DNA of 64,000 nucleotides from an uncultured Acidobacteriota bacterium (GTDB lineage Bacteria; Actinomycetota; Acidimicrobiia; Spongiisociales; ZC4RG35): contig CAWHEU010000022.1 in the NCBI GenBank assembly GCA_963828465.1, positions 539,887-603,886 of the forward strand. The letters are read 5' to 3'. The notes below the pieces were generated by a model. The model had not been told where the DNA came from, searched no databases, and worked only from the letters and a program-made list of their open reading frames with translations. Position 1 is the stretch's first letter; the number at the start of each line of letters is the position of its first letter. This document shows, one piece after another, positions 39,121-48,008 of this stretch. The translations under genes were made by a program, and so were the position numbers.

Positions 39121-39147
39121 GCCCATGAGGGCGATACCGTTCCGGCC

Positions 39148-39981
39148 TTGACCCAGGACCACACCACCACCCCGGTCTGCTATCGGCACCCCGACCGGAG
39201 CACATTGCTCAGCTGTAGCCACTGTGGTCGGCCCATCTGTTCTTCATGCTCGACGGATGCCTCCGTCGGGCAGCGGTGCCCAGAGTGCATGAAAGAGGAG
39301 GGGACACAGAAGGTGATCCCCACCGGTTCGCGGCGCCGAACGACGGCCACCTCCGGGGCGCCCGCCACGATGACGTTCATCGTCGTGGCCGTGGGGATCT
39401 ATCTGCTCGATGCCCTGGGCATCGTGGACGACTTGGTCCTTCGCTTTGCCCAAATCAACGCCCTCATCGCGGAGGGTGAGTGGTGGCGGATCTTCTCCGT
39501 GGTCCTGCTTCATGGGTCGATCACCCACATCCTCTTCAACATGTGGGCCCTGTGGGTGCTCGGGCCCCAGATCGAGCGTGGGGTCGGCACCTGGCCCTTT
39601 GTCAGTCTCTTTCTCGCCTCGGCCGGTGTCGGAGGGGTCTTTGCCTACTACCTGGGGGATATCGGCGATATCGGCGTGGGTGCCTCGGGGGCGATCTTCG
39701 GGCTCTTCGGGATCTGGCTGAGTTGGGCAGTGCACCGTAGGAACACGATTCAGGGAAGGGCCCTGCTAGGCCAGCTCGCCTTCCTCCTCTTGATCAACGC
39801 CGCCATCCCGTTTGTATTCAGTGCATTGAACATCTCGTGGCAGGCCCACCTCGGCGGCCTAATCGCCGGATTCGTCATCGGCGAGCTCTGGAGTCGAATC
39901 AGAGGCCCCAACGCGGAGGCGATGCGCGCCTGGGTTGGGTTCGCAGTCGCTGCCTTAGCGGCCCTGGCCGTCGCCATCTGA
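39148..39981 (+). CDS. Rhomboid intramembrane protease with N-terminal Cys/His zinc finger
   Basis: CYRHP...C..C.RPIC..C...C..C, WWR, H..FNM, GASGAIFG, AHLGG. Confidence 0.92.
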   Translation: MTQDHTTTPVCYRHPDRSTLLSCSHCGRPICSSCSTDASVGQRCPECMKEEGTQKVIPTGSRRRTTATSGAPATMTFIVVAVGIYLLDALGIVDDLVLRFAQINALIAEGEWWRIFSVVLLHGSITHILFNMWALWVLGPQIERGVGTWPFVSLFLASAGVGGVFAYYLGDIGDIGVGASGAIFGLFGIWLSWAVHRRNTIQGRALLGQLAFLLLINAAIPFVFSALNISWQAHLGGLIAGFVIGELWSRIRGPNAEAMRAWVGFAVAALAALAVAI

Positions 39982-40027
39982 GAGAACCCCACCTGTCTCG
40001 TTCGGGCTTGCCATCCTGGGGCGGGCA

Positions 40028-41470
40028 ATGACGATCCCCAGGTCGATCCTCTCCCGTGAGCTGTTGCCGGCATCGGTCGCCATCTTCACGACCGTCGCCA
40101 TCGTCGCCTTCGAAGGTCTGGCTGTCACGGCAGCCCTGCCCGACCTCACCGCCGAACTCGGCCAGGTGCATCTCCTGCCGTGGGTGATCACCGCCTTCCT
40201 GCTCGCCTCGGGTGTGACCACTGCCGTAGCCGGCTCGTTCATCGACTCCGTTGGGACATCCACGGTGTTCAGGTGGGCCACTTTCGCCTTCGCTGCATCC
40301 TCGCTTGCTGCGGCGGCCGCAAGCTCGATGCCGATGCTCGTGGCCACCCGTGTATTTCAGGGTGCCGCCGGTGGGGCGATCATTTCCGTCGGGGTCGGCG
40401 CCGTTGCCCTCGTCTATCCAAGCCATCTCGTCGGGAGGGCCTTTGCCGCCAATTCGAACGTATGGGGGATCCTCGGCTTCGCCGGCCCTGCAATCGCGGC
40501 GGTCTTGCTGCAGGTTGGGTCCTGGCGGTGGATCTTCCTTCTGATGGTGCCAATCTCCGCGGTGGCTCTGATCGCGGGGTGGCGGACCCTCCCCGGCCCG
40601 GTGGAACCCACCCCGCTCCGCGTGGACTGGGTGGCCGTCGGGCTGCTGGTGGTCACGTTCGGAGCCCTTTTGGCGGCCGTCTCGAATTTCTCCACGTTCT
40701 CGGTGCTCTTCGCCGCGGTCGCCATCCTGTCGGGGACCGTCTTGTGGCGGAGAATGGCACGGGGTCGATCCAGCCTGCTCGACCCACGGTTCGTGGGGGA
40801 GTACCCATACCGCCAGCTAGCCCTGGTTGTGTCGCTGACTTTGGTGGCCATGATCGGGCTGTCGTCATATCTGCCTGTCTACGTGCGGGGCGCTCGTGGA
40901 GGCTCGGCCGCCGCCGCAGCGTGGTCGGTCTTGTGGCTCACGATCGGATGGACCGCGGCCGCCAACATCTCCGGTCGCATCACCGATCGGGTGAGCGAGC
41001 GTGAGGTGCTTCGGGTGGCAGCGATCGGGGGTATCCCCGCCATCGCCGCTGCATGGGCCGCGGTCTCCTTCTCGGCACCGTTACCTGTGGTCTATGCGTG
41101 CTACTTCGCAATGGGCATGTCGGTGGGGGCTGTGACCAATTCCGCGTTTCAGATGGTGCGCCTTGCGGTGGCTGACAGGCTGGCCGGACGGGCGACCTCC
41201 GCCCACGCCTTCCTGCGCACGGTCGGGATGTCGGTCGGCGCAGGTCTTGCGGGTGGAGTGATACTGGCAACGGTGGCCGCCTCGGTTGGCGACATCTCGT
41301 CGGTCCGGGAGGCCCTGGCGGGCGGCGAGGCCGAGCTGGGCGGTGCGACTGCGAACGCTCTGGCGCACGGCTTTTCGATCGCCCATGGTGTCAGCATGGT
41401 GATCATGGTCGTCGCCGCCTGGATGGCCCGGAGCCTCGCGCGAGGTCCTTCACACGGCACCTCCGGGTGA
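40028..41470 (+). CDS. MFS transporter (about 14 TM, drug:H+ antiporter-like)
   Basis: About 14 hydrophobic helices, RVFQG, GPAI, WRWIF. Confidence 0.85.
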   Translation: MTIPRSILSRELLPASVAIFTTVAIVAFEGLAVTAALPDLTAELGQVHLLPWVITAFLLASGVTTAVAGSFIDSVGTSTVFRWATFAFAASSLAAAAASSMPMLVATRVFQGAAGGAIISVGVGAVALVYPSHLVGRAFAANSNVWGILGFAGPAIAAVLLQVGSWRWIFLLMVPISAVALIAGWRTLPGPVEPTPLRVDWVAVGLLVVTFGALLAAVSNFSTFSVLFAAVAILSGTVLWRRMARGRSSLLDPRFVGEYPYRQLALVVSLTLVAMIGLSSYLPVYVRGARGGSAAAAAWSVLWLTIGWTAAANISGRITDRVSEREVLRVAAIGGIPAIAAAWAAVSFSAPLPVVYACYFAMGMSVGAVTNSAFQMVRLAVADRLAGRATSAHAFLRTVGMSVGAGLAGGVILATVAASVGDISSVREALAGGEAELGGATANALAHGFSIAHGVSMVIMVVAAWMARSLARGPSHGTSG

Positions 41471-41490
41471 GCCGCCCTGTGCTACGGTGA

Positions 41491-44400
41491 ATGACAGCCG
41501 TGTCATTCGCACACCTCCACGTCCACACCGAGTATTCGATGCTCGACGGTGCGGCCCGGATCAAGGATGTGGTTGCGGCCGCCGCAGCTGACGGTCAGCC
41601 GGCGATAGCCATCACCGATCACGGGGTCCTCTACGGGGTTGTCGATTTCGTCAAGGCGGCGAAGGACGCCGGGATCAAGCCAATCGTCGGCATTGAGGCG
41701 TACCTGACGGAAGGGTCGAGGTTCGACCGGCCGGTGGGCAACGCAAATCGGCGCTTCCACATGAACCTCCTGGCCGAGAATGAAGTCGGGTATCGCAACC
41801 TCCTCCAGCTTTCCTCGCGGGCCTTCCTCGAGGGCTACTACTACAAGCCGAGGATGGACTTCGAGTTGCTCGCCGAGCACTCCGAGGGCCTCATCGCCAC
41901 CTCAGGCTGTCTCGGGGGGATGGTGGCCCAACTCCTCGCTCCCGATTCCATGAGCGAAGAGGGGAACAAGGGCCAGATGAGGGACTTCGACGCCGCCATC
42001 GGGGCTGCCGGCAGGTTCCAGGACATCTTCGGCCGAGACAACTTCTTCATCGAGATCCAGGATCACGGCCTGTCCGCGCAAAAAGCGATCATGCCCGACC
42101 TGCTCGAGATCTCCTCCCGGACCGGGGCGCCCCTGCTCGCCACCAACGACGCCCACTACACCCATCGGGCAGAACACGATGCTCATGATGTGCTGCTCTG
42201 CATCCAGACCGGCTCGCTTCGGGCCGACACGAGCCGACTTCGTTTCGAGGGCAACGAGCACTATCTGAAGACATCCGAAGAGATGCATCGCCTCTTCCCG
42301 GCCGACACATTTCCCGGAGCATGTGACAACACGCTCTCGATCGCGGAGCGGGTGAACGTCGACCTCGACTTCGGCCGGATCCTTCTCCCCAGCTTCCCGG
42401 TCCCGTCGGGTGAGACGGAGGTCAGCCATCTCCGGAAGCTCGTCGATCAAGGGGCACGCGACCGATACGGCCATGATGCCGCTCCCGAGGTCTGGGACCG
42501 CGTCGAGCACGAGTTGAAGATCATCGAGGAGATGGGCTTTCCCGCCTACTTCCTCATCGTTTGGGATCTGATCCGCCATGCACGGCAGAGCGGCATCAGA
42601 GTTGGACCCGGCCGCGGGTCTGCCGCGGGCTCAATCGTCTCCTACTGCCTGCGCATCACCGATATCGACCCCCTCGCCTACGGGCTGATCTTCGAACGCT
42701 TCCTGAACCCGGGTCGCCGCCAAATGCCCGACATCGACATGGACTTCGACGAGCGCTACCGGGCGGAGATGATCCGGTATGCGGCGCAGAAGTACGGCGC
42801 TGACCGGGTGGCGCAGATCGTCACGTTCTCGACGATCAAGGGGAAGCAGGCGCTGCGCGACGCCGCCCGCGTCCTCGGCCACCCGTACGGGGTGGGTGAC
42901 CGGGTAGCCAAGGCGATGCCGCCCGCCATCCTCGGCCGTGAGGCGACCCTGGAGCAGGTGATGACACCGCCTTCGTCAGATGCAGACTCGACGACGAAAG
43001 ACTGGTACGCCAACGCCCAGGGCCTTCGGGACCTGTACGAGGCCGATCCGGCGGTGCGGGAGACAGTGGATGCCGCCCGCGGCCTCGAAGGGTTGCGAAG
43101 GCAGGACTCGATCCACGCCGCCGCCGTGGTGATTGCTCCTGAGCCGCTCATCAACGTCGTCCCCATCCAACAGAAGGGTGAGGGCGCCGAGGTGGTGACC
43201 CAGTTCGAGATGTACGGGGTGGAGTCACTGGGTCTGCTCAAGATGGACTTCCTCGGGCTGCGCAACCTCTCGATCATCGAGCGCTGCCTCGAGCTGGTCG
43301 AGGCCGGCACCGGCGAGCGCCTCGATATCGACGCGGTCCCGCTCGACGATGAGAAGACCTTCGAGCTCCTCCAATCGGGCAACACGATCGGGGTCTTTCA
43401 GCTCGAAGGCAACGCCATGCGGTCGTTGATTCGCTCGCTGAAGCCTGACTCGTTCAACGACGTGATTGCGTTGGTTGCCCTTTATCGCCCGGGCCCGATG
43501 GGCGCCAACATGCACAACCTGTACGCCGATCGGAAGAACGGCCGGGCCCCCATCGAAGTGCTGCACCCAGCCCTCACCGACAGCCTGGCCGACACCTATC
43601 AGATCATGGTGTACCAGGAGCAGGTCATGTCGGTGGCCCAGGAGATGGCCGGGTACTCGATGGTCGACGCCGACAACTTGCGCCGCGCCATGGGCAAGAA
43701 GATCAAGTCGGTGATGAAGGCCGAGGAGGAGAAGTTCGTCGCCGGCAGTGTCGCCCAGGGCCACGACGAGAAGGTGGGCCGTGAGATCTTCGGGCTCATC
43801 GAGCATTTCTCGGGCTATGGATTCAACAAGAGCCACAGCTCCGGGTACGGCCTCGTTGCTTATCAGACTGCATTCCTGAAGGCACACCACCCTGCCGAGT
43901 ATCTCGCCGCTCTGTTGACCGCTACGAAGAAGGACAAAGACCGGACCGCGGTCTACCTCAACGAGTGCCGCCAGATGGGGATCGAGGTGCTCGTGCCCGA
44001 CGTCAACGAGTCGGACTCCGATTTCACCGTGAAGGAAGGCCGGATCCGCTTCGGGCTATCGGCGGTGCGGAACGTGGGTGAGGGCGTCGTGGAGAAGATT
44101 GTCGAGGCGAGGGTCGATGGCGCTTTCAACTCGTTCCATGACTTCGTGGACAGCGTCGACGTGTCCGCGCTCAACAAGCGCACCGTCGAATCTCTGATCA
44201 AGGCCGGCGCCTTCGACGCGATGGGATACCCGAGAAAGGGCCTGGCCGTGGTTTATGAGCAGATCCTCGATGGGACGCTGGAGCGCCGGCGGAACGAGGA
44301 GATGGGTCAGTTCAGCCTGTTCGCCGGTGAGCCAGGGGAGGTCTCCCACGGCCGCATCGACGTGCCGGATCTCGTCTGGCCGCAGAAGATCAGACTCGCC

Positions 44401-44997
44401 TTCGAAAAGGAGATGCTCGGTCTCTACGTCTCCGATCACCCTCTCCTCTCCGTCGGCCAGTCGCTGGCAGCGGCCACCACGACGACTGTCAGCCAGCTCG
44501 TCGAGTTGGCCGACAAGACGACCGTGACAGTGGGCGGTCTCGTTGCCGGGATCACCCGTCGATGGACCAGGAACGGGGATCCGATGATCTTCTTCCAACT
44601 CGAGGACCTCGAAGGATCGGTAGAGGTCGTTGCCTTCCCCCGCACAGTCAACGACTACGGGCATGTCGTAATCGATGACGCCGTGGTGATCGTCGGCGGG
44701 CATCTCGACCACCGGGGCGACGAGGTGAAGGTCATGGCCCGGGAGATCAAGGAGTTGGAAATCCGTGATGACTCGATGGTGCGGCTCAAGACGACGGCTT
44801 CGAATCTCACTCCCGAGATGGTCTCCCGACTCAAGACGATCCTGTCCAATCACCCCGGGTCCGCCCCGGTCTACCTGAACATGACCAGCGATCAAGGGGT
44901 AAAGGTGCTCAAGCTGAGCGATGCGCACCGCGTCGAGCCGCGGACAGCGCTGTTCGCCGAATTGAAGGAACTGTTGGGGCCGAGCGCGATCCTCTAG
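41491..44997 (+). CDS. dnaE: DNA polymerase III alpha subunit
   Basis: HLHVHTEYS, TDHG and TNDAHY PHP motifs; GRGSAAGS, PDIDMDF, KMDFLGL, YGFNKSH. Confidence 0.97.
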   Translation: MTAVSFAHLHVHTEYSMLDGAARIKDVVAAAAADGQPAIAITDHGVLYGVVDFVKAAKDAGIKPIVGIEAYLTEGSRFDRPVGNANRRFHMNLLAENEVGYRNLLQLSSRAFLEGYYYKPRMDFELLAEHSEGLIATSGCLGGMVAQLLAPDSMSEEGNKGQMRDFDAAIGAAGRFQDIFGRDNFFIEIQDHGLSAQKAIMPDLLEISSRTGAPLLATNDAHYTHRAEHDAHDVLLCIQTGSLRADTSRLRFEGNEHYLKTSEEMHRLFPADTFPGACDNTLSIAERVNVDLDFGRILLPSFPVPSGETEVSHLRKLVDQGARDRYGHDAAPEVWDRVEHELKIIEEMGFPAYFLIVWDLIRHARQSGIRVGPGRGSAAGSIVSYCLRITDIDPLAYGLIFERFLNPGRRQMPDIDMDFDERYRAEMIRYAAQKYGADRVAQIVTFSTIKGKQALRDAARVLGHPYGVGDRVAKAMPPAILGREATLEQVMTPPSSDADSTTKDWYANAQGLRDLYEADPAVRETVDAARGLEGLRRQDSIHAAAVVIAPEPLINVVPIQQKGEGAEVVTQFEMYGVESLGLLKMDFLGLRNLSIIERCLELVEAGTGERLDIDAVPLDDEKTFELLQSGNTIGVFQLEGNAMRSLIRSLKPDSFNDVIALVALYRPGPMGANMHNLYADRKNGRAPIEVLHPALTDSLADTYQIMVYQEQVMSVAQEMAGYSMVDADNLRRAMGKKIKSVMKAEEEKFVAGSVAQGHDEKVGREIFGLIEHFSGYGFNKSHSSGYGLVAYQTAFLKAHHPAEYLAALLTATKKDKDRTAVYLNECRQMGIEVLVPDVNESDSDFTVKEGRIRFGLSAVRNVGEGVVEKIVEARVDGAFNSFHDFVDSVDVSALNKRTVESLIKAGAFDAMGYPRKGLAVVYEQILDGTLERRRNEEMGQFSLFAGEPGEVSHGRIDVPDLVWPQKIRLAFEKEMLGLYVSDHPLLSVGQSLAAATTTTVSQLVELADKTTVTVGGLVAGITRRWTRNGDPMIFFQLEDLEGSVEVVAFPRTVNDYGHVVIDDAVVIVGGHLDHRGDEVKVMAREIKELEIRDDSMVRLKTTASNLTPEMVSRLKTILSNHPGSAPVYLNMTSDQGVKVLKLSDAHRVEPRTALFAELKELLGPSAIL

Positions 44998-45803
44998 ACC
45001 CGGGGTCGCCAGAACTCCCGCTGAGCCATATGGGCGAGGGCAGACGACCGTCCATGCTTCCGTCCCAGCGCATAGGCGCCAACCGCTGCAGCCACACCAA
45101 CACTGCCCAGAGCGCTGAGCGCAACTGCCCTTTTCGTCTTGCGGGCGAAGATCACCACCGGCCAGCCTCGCTCATGGGACACCGAGTCGAGCTCAGAGTC
45201 GGGGTTGACCGCGACCGGATGGCCAACCGCCTCCATCATGGGCAGGTCGGATACGGAGTCGGAGTAGGCGTAGCTGCGCTCGAGGTCGTACCCGAAGTCG
45301 GCGGCGATCTTCTCGATGGCGTCGACCTTGCCGGCGCCGTACACAAATGGCCCATCGAGCTCTCCGGTGTAGTGGCCGGCGACCACTTTTCCCCTTGTGC
45401 CGATGGCTCCGGTCATCCCCAACGACCGCGCCAGAGGCTCGACGATCTCATGAGGGGCGGCCGAGACGATCCAGGTGTCCCGTCCCGCCTCGTGATGCAG
45501 ATTGATCAGCTTCCGTGACTCCGGGCGAACCCGGGCGACCAGCTTGGGCAGGACAGCGGCGCCGACCATCTCGAGTGCCTGAACCGACGCCCCGGCGATC
45601 CCACTCAAGAAGTCACCCTTGACGTCGTCGGTGGCGTCACCCTTGTCGCCCATCAGCCGGAAACTCAATGCCGAGAGCGCCCATCGGCCGATATCGGGGT
45701 TGGAGGCGAGACCCTGACGCCAGGCCTCGACGCCCAAGGGGAATGCCGAAGCGCCTGAGATCAGGGTCCGGTCGAGGTCGAAGAAAGCGGCTGAGTTAGC
45801 CAT
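44994..45803 (-). CDS. HAD-IB family hydrolase with C-terminal membrane anchor
   Basis: AAFFDLDRT, IVSA, GK, AYSDS.SD.PM, AVNPD; hydrophobic AVALSALGSVGVAAAVGAYALG near the C-terminus. Confidence 0.9.
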   Translation of the reverse strand: MANSAAFFDLDRTLISGASAFPLGVEAWRQGLASNPDIGRWALSALSFRLMGDKGDATDDVKGDFLSGIAGASVQALEMVGAAVLPKLVARVRPESRKLINLHHEAGRDTWIVSAAPHEIVEPLARSLGMTGAIGTRGKVVAGHYTGELDGPFVYGAGKVDAIEKIAADFGYDLERSYAYSDSVSDLPMMEAVGHPVAVNPDSELDSVSHERGWPVVIFARKTKRAVALSALGSVGVAAAVGAYALGRKHGRSSALAHMAQREFWRPRV

Positions 45804-45807
45804 GTGC

Positions 45808-46843
45808 TCAGGATATGCCCACCTCGGCCCAAGGCAACTCTTTCGATTCGTCCAGCAGCCGGCCCAGTCCGTCGAGGTCAGTGGGAGGGCTCCAAGACCA
45901 GGGGATGGTGGCGATGCGTGCCCCGTACCGCGATGAGAACTCCTCTCGCGTGTCCCGTTGGCGCACCGTCTCAGCGCTCCACCGAGCCAGATTTTGCTCC
46001 AGGGCCAGGGAGGTCCCCGGTGGCGCGGTCGAGTCCGCCCATTCCTCAGGGAGGATTCGATTGAAGACAACGGCGGCAGGGCTCGCCGCCAGGCCGGGAA
46101 GGTCACGATAGAACTTGATGGCCTCGCGCACCGGGGCGGGGTCCGAGGTCGTGACCACGAAGATCGACGCTGAGCTCAGGACACGCTCTATCTCGCGGCC
46201 CCGCTGCGCCACGCCGTCGTAGGTGGTCCTCAAATCTAGGAGGAACTCGGCCACCCGCTCCAATAGGTCTGAGCCGAGCACCGAATCGGCGATCCGGAGG
46301 ACCGGTCTTGCCGCCAGGTTGTAGAAGGTGCGGCGCCCGGGGAGCGGGCCGCCCGTCAGCCATCGAAGAAGCCGCCCGCCCACGAGATCCGCCATTTGGG
46401 CCGGGGCGGCGAAGAAATCGATCCCTCCGCCCGACGGCAGGCGTGTCCACTATCACGAGATCCCAAGCCATGGCCTGGACGAAGGTGGCGGCCTGATCGG
46501 CCGCGGCATATGCCTGCGAGGCCGGGAAATGTTCAGACGCCGCCTTGAAGAAGTCGTTGTCGGCGAGACGGGTCGCCACATCCGGGTCAGCGTGCCGCAT
46601 GGCGACCGCCCGCCACGAGGCGGTTGAGTCCAGCATGGCCGCCCACAGGTTGGGCTCGGCGGCATGCGGCTGGGGCTCGTTGCCGAGATCTTCAACGCCC
46701 AATGCCGTCGCCAGCCGGCGAGCGGGATCCACGGTGACCACGAGCGTGCGCAGCCCGCTTCGGGCCGCTCTTACCCCCAGGGCTGCCGCGACTGTGGTCT
46801 TGCCGACGCCACCGGCTCCGGTGATGAGCAGGGTCCGGGTCAT
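45808..46843 (-). CDS. ArsA/Get3-like ATPase (Rv3680/BagB-like), one +1 frameshift at about 46439
   Basis: TGAGGVGKTT, TVDPARRLA, IVDTP. Removing one base gives DTPPSGGGIDFF and joins ORF 45808-46395. Confidence 0.8.
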
Positions 46844-47685
46844 GTGATCAACTCGAATTCGTCGGCCATCCGTGCGGCGACCTCGCCTGGTGTGAGCAGC
46901 CCGTGGAGGTAGGGGAGCAGGTGATCTGGAGGGAGCCGGTCCAGCCAGACCTGTTGCTCCGACCACAGAGCACGATGAAGCTGCGCCGCTTCTCCCACCG
47001 GCCCCGGCGGCGTATCCGGGTCGGCCAGCTGGTCGAGAACGCGATTCGCCATCACGATTGGAGCGGCCACCACGTTTTCTTTCGCCAGCCACGTGATGCT
47101 CTCGGCGGTCTCGGTCGCCGGAAGCTCCTCGGGGAGGGTGACGAGGACGAGCCCGGTCACGGTCTGGTCGCGGAGGATCTCTTGCATGATCTCGGCCTGG
47201 ACCCGGATCCGCCCCGAGGGGACCAACTCGGAGATGGTCACCGGTGCCCGGAGGTAAGACCCGATTTGGCCGGTGGGCGGAGCGTCAGCGATGACGATGT
47301 CCCATCGATCTTCTCGAACCTCCCAGACCGCCTTGCCGACGGTGATGATCTCCCGGATGCCGGGGGCGGTGGTCGCCAGGGCATCGAAGGCCCGCGCCAG
47401 CGGGCCGAACCTGTTGAGACCTTTGATGTTGAGCTGAAGGGCGAGATACTCGAGGAGAGCATCGGATCGGACCATTTGCATGGCATGGAGCCCCGGTCTC
47501 AGCTCCCTGGGCTCGAACTCGAGAGGACCCGTCCCGAAGTGAGCGGATAGGCCGCCGGGCGAGCCCATCTCCATGGCCAGGACCCGCAAACCTCTGCGCT
47601 GGGCGAGGAGGGCGAGACCGGCGCTCACCGCCGACTTGCCCACGCCTCCCTTGCCCGAGACGAGGACGAGACGTTTCTCGAGCAT
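46840..47685 (-). CDS. ArsA/Get3-like ATPase (Rv3679/BagA-like)
   Basis: SGKGGVGKS, APGIREI...GK, DAPPTG, VTLPEELP..ET, NR. Confidence 0.88.
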   Translation of the reverse strand: MLEKRLVLVSGKGGVGKSAVSAGLALLAQRRGLRVLAMEMGSPGGLSAHFGTGPLEFEPRELRPGLHAMQMVRSDALLEYLALQLNIKGLNRFGPLARAFDALATTAPGIREIITVGKAVWEVREDRWDIVIADAPPTGQIGSYLRAPVTISELVPSGRIRVQAEIMQEILRDQTVTGLVLVTLPEELPATETAESITWLAKENVVAAPIVMANRVLDQLADPDTPPGPVGEAAQLHRALWSEQQVWLDRLPPDHLLPYLHGLLTPGEVAARMADEFELIT

Positions 47686-47698
47686 CAGGGCAGCCGGT

Positions 47699-47917
47699 CT
47701 AGCCGGACCCACCGAGTGGTATGCGAAGGACGAGCTCGCCGTCGTCCACGCTCCAACTGGCACTCGCGATCAGGGCGTAGTCGGTGTAGTCGGCTTCCGC
47801 CCGCTCCACGAACAATCTGCGCTCCTCGCCGGCGACGGGGGGGAGTGGCCGCTCTTTGACGGCGGCGGCCCGCTCCTGATAGCGCACCAGCATGGCGTCG
47901 ACATCGAATTTGGCCAT
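47699..47917 (-). CDS. Small hypothetical protein
   Basis: 72 aa (MAKFDVDAML..YQERAAAVKERPLPPVAGEER...), ends 13 bp before the ArsA-like pair. Confidence 0.7.
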   Translation of the reverse strand: MAKFDVDAMLVRYQERAAAVKERPLPPVAGEERRLFVERAEADYTDYALIASASWSVDDGELVLRIPLGGSG

Positions 47918-47945
47918 GCGGGCGACGTTAACGCGTTGCCTTCTC

Positions 47946-48008
47946 GGTTTTAGGTGGTAGGTCATAGGCCAGAAGGTCGCACGCCCTACCACCTATTACC
48001 TACCACTA
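47946..48008. repeat. Inverted heptamer-repeat hairpin at the thyX 3' end
   Basis: TAGGTGG-TAGGTCA-TAGGCCA followed by CCTACCA-CCTATTA-CCTACCA; overlaps the thyX stop codon. Confidence 0.65.

Noticed and set aside
45808-47685. Arsenic resistance operon
   Set aside because: No metalloid-binding Cys in either ATPase and no arsB, acr3, arsC, arsD or arsR nearby.
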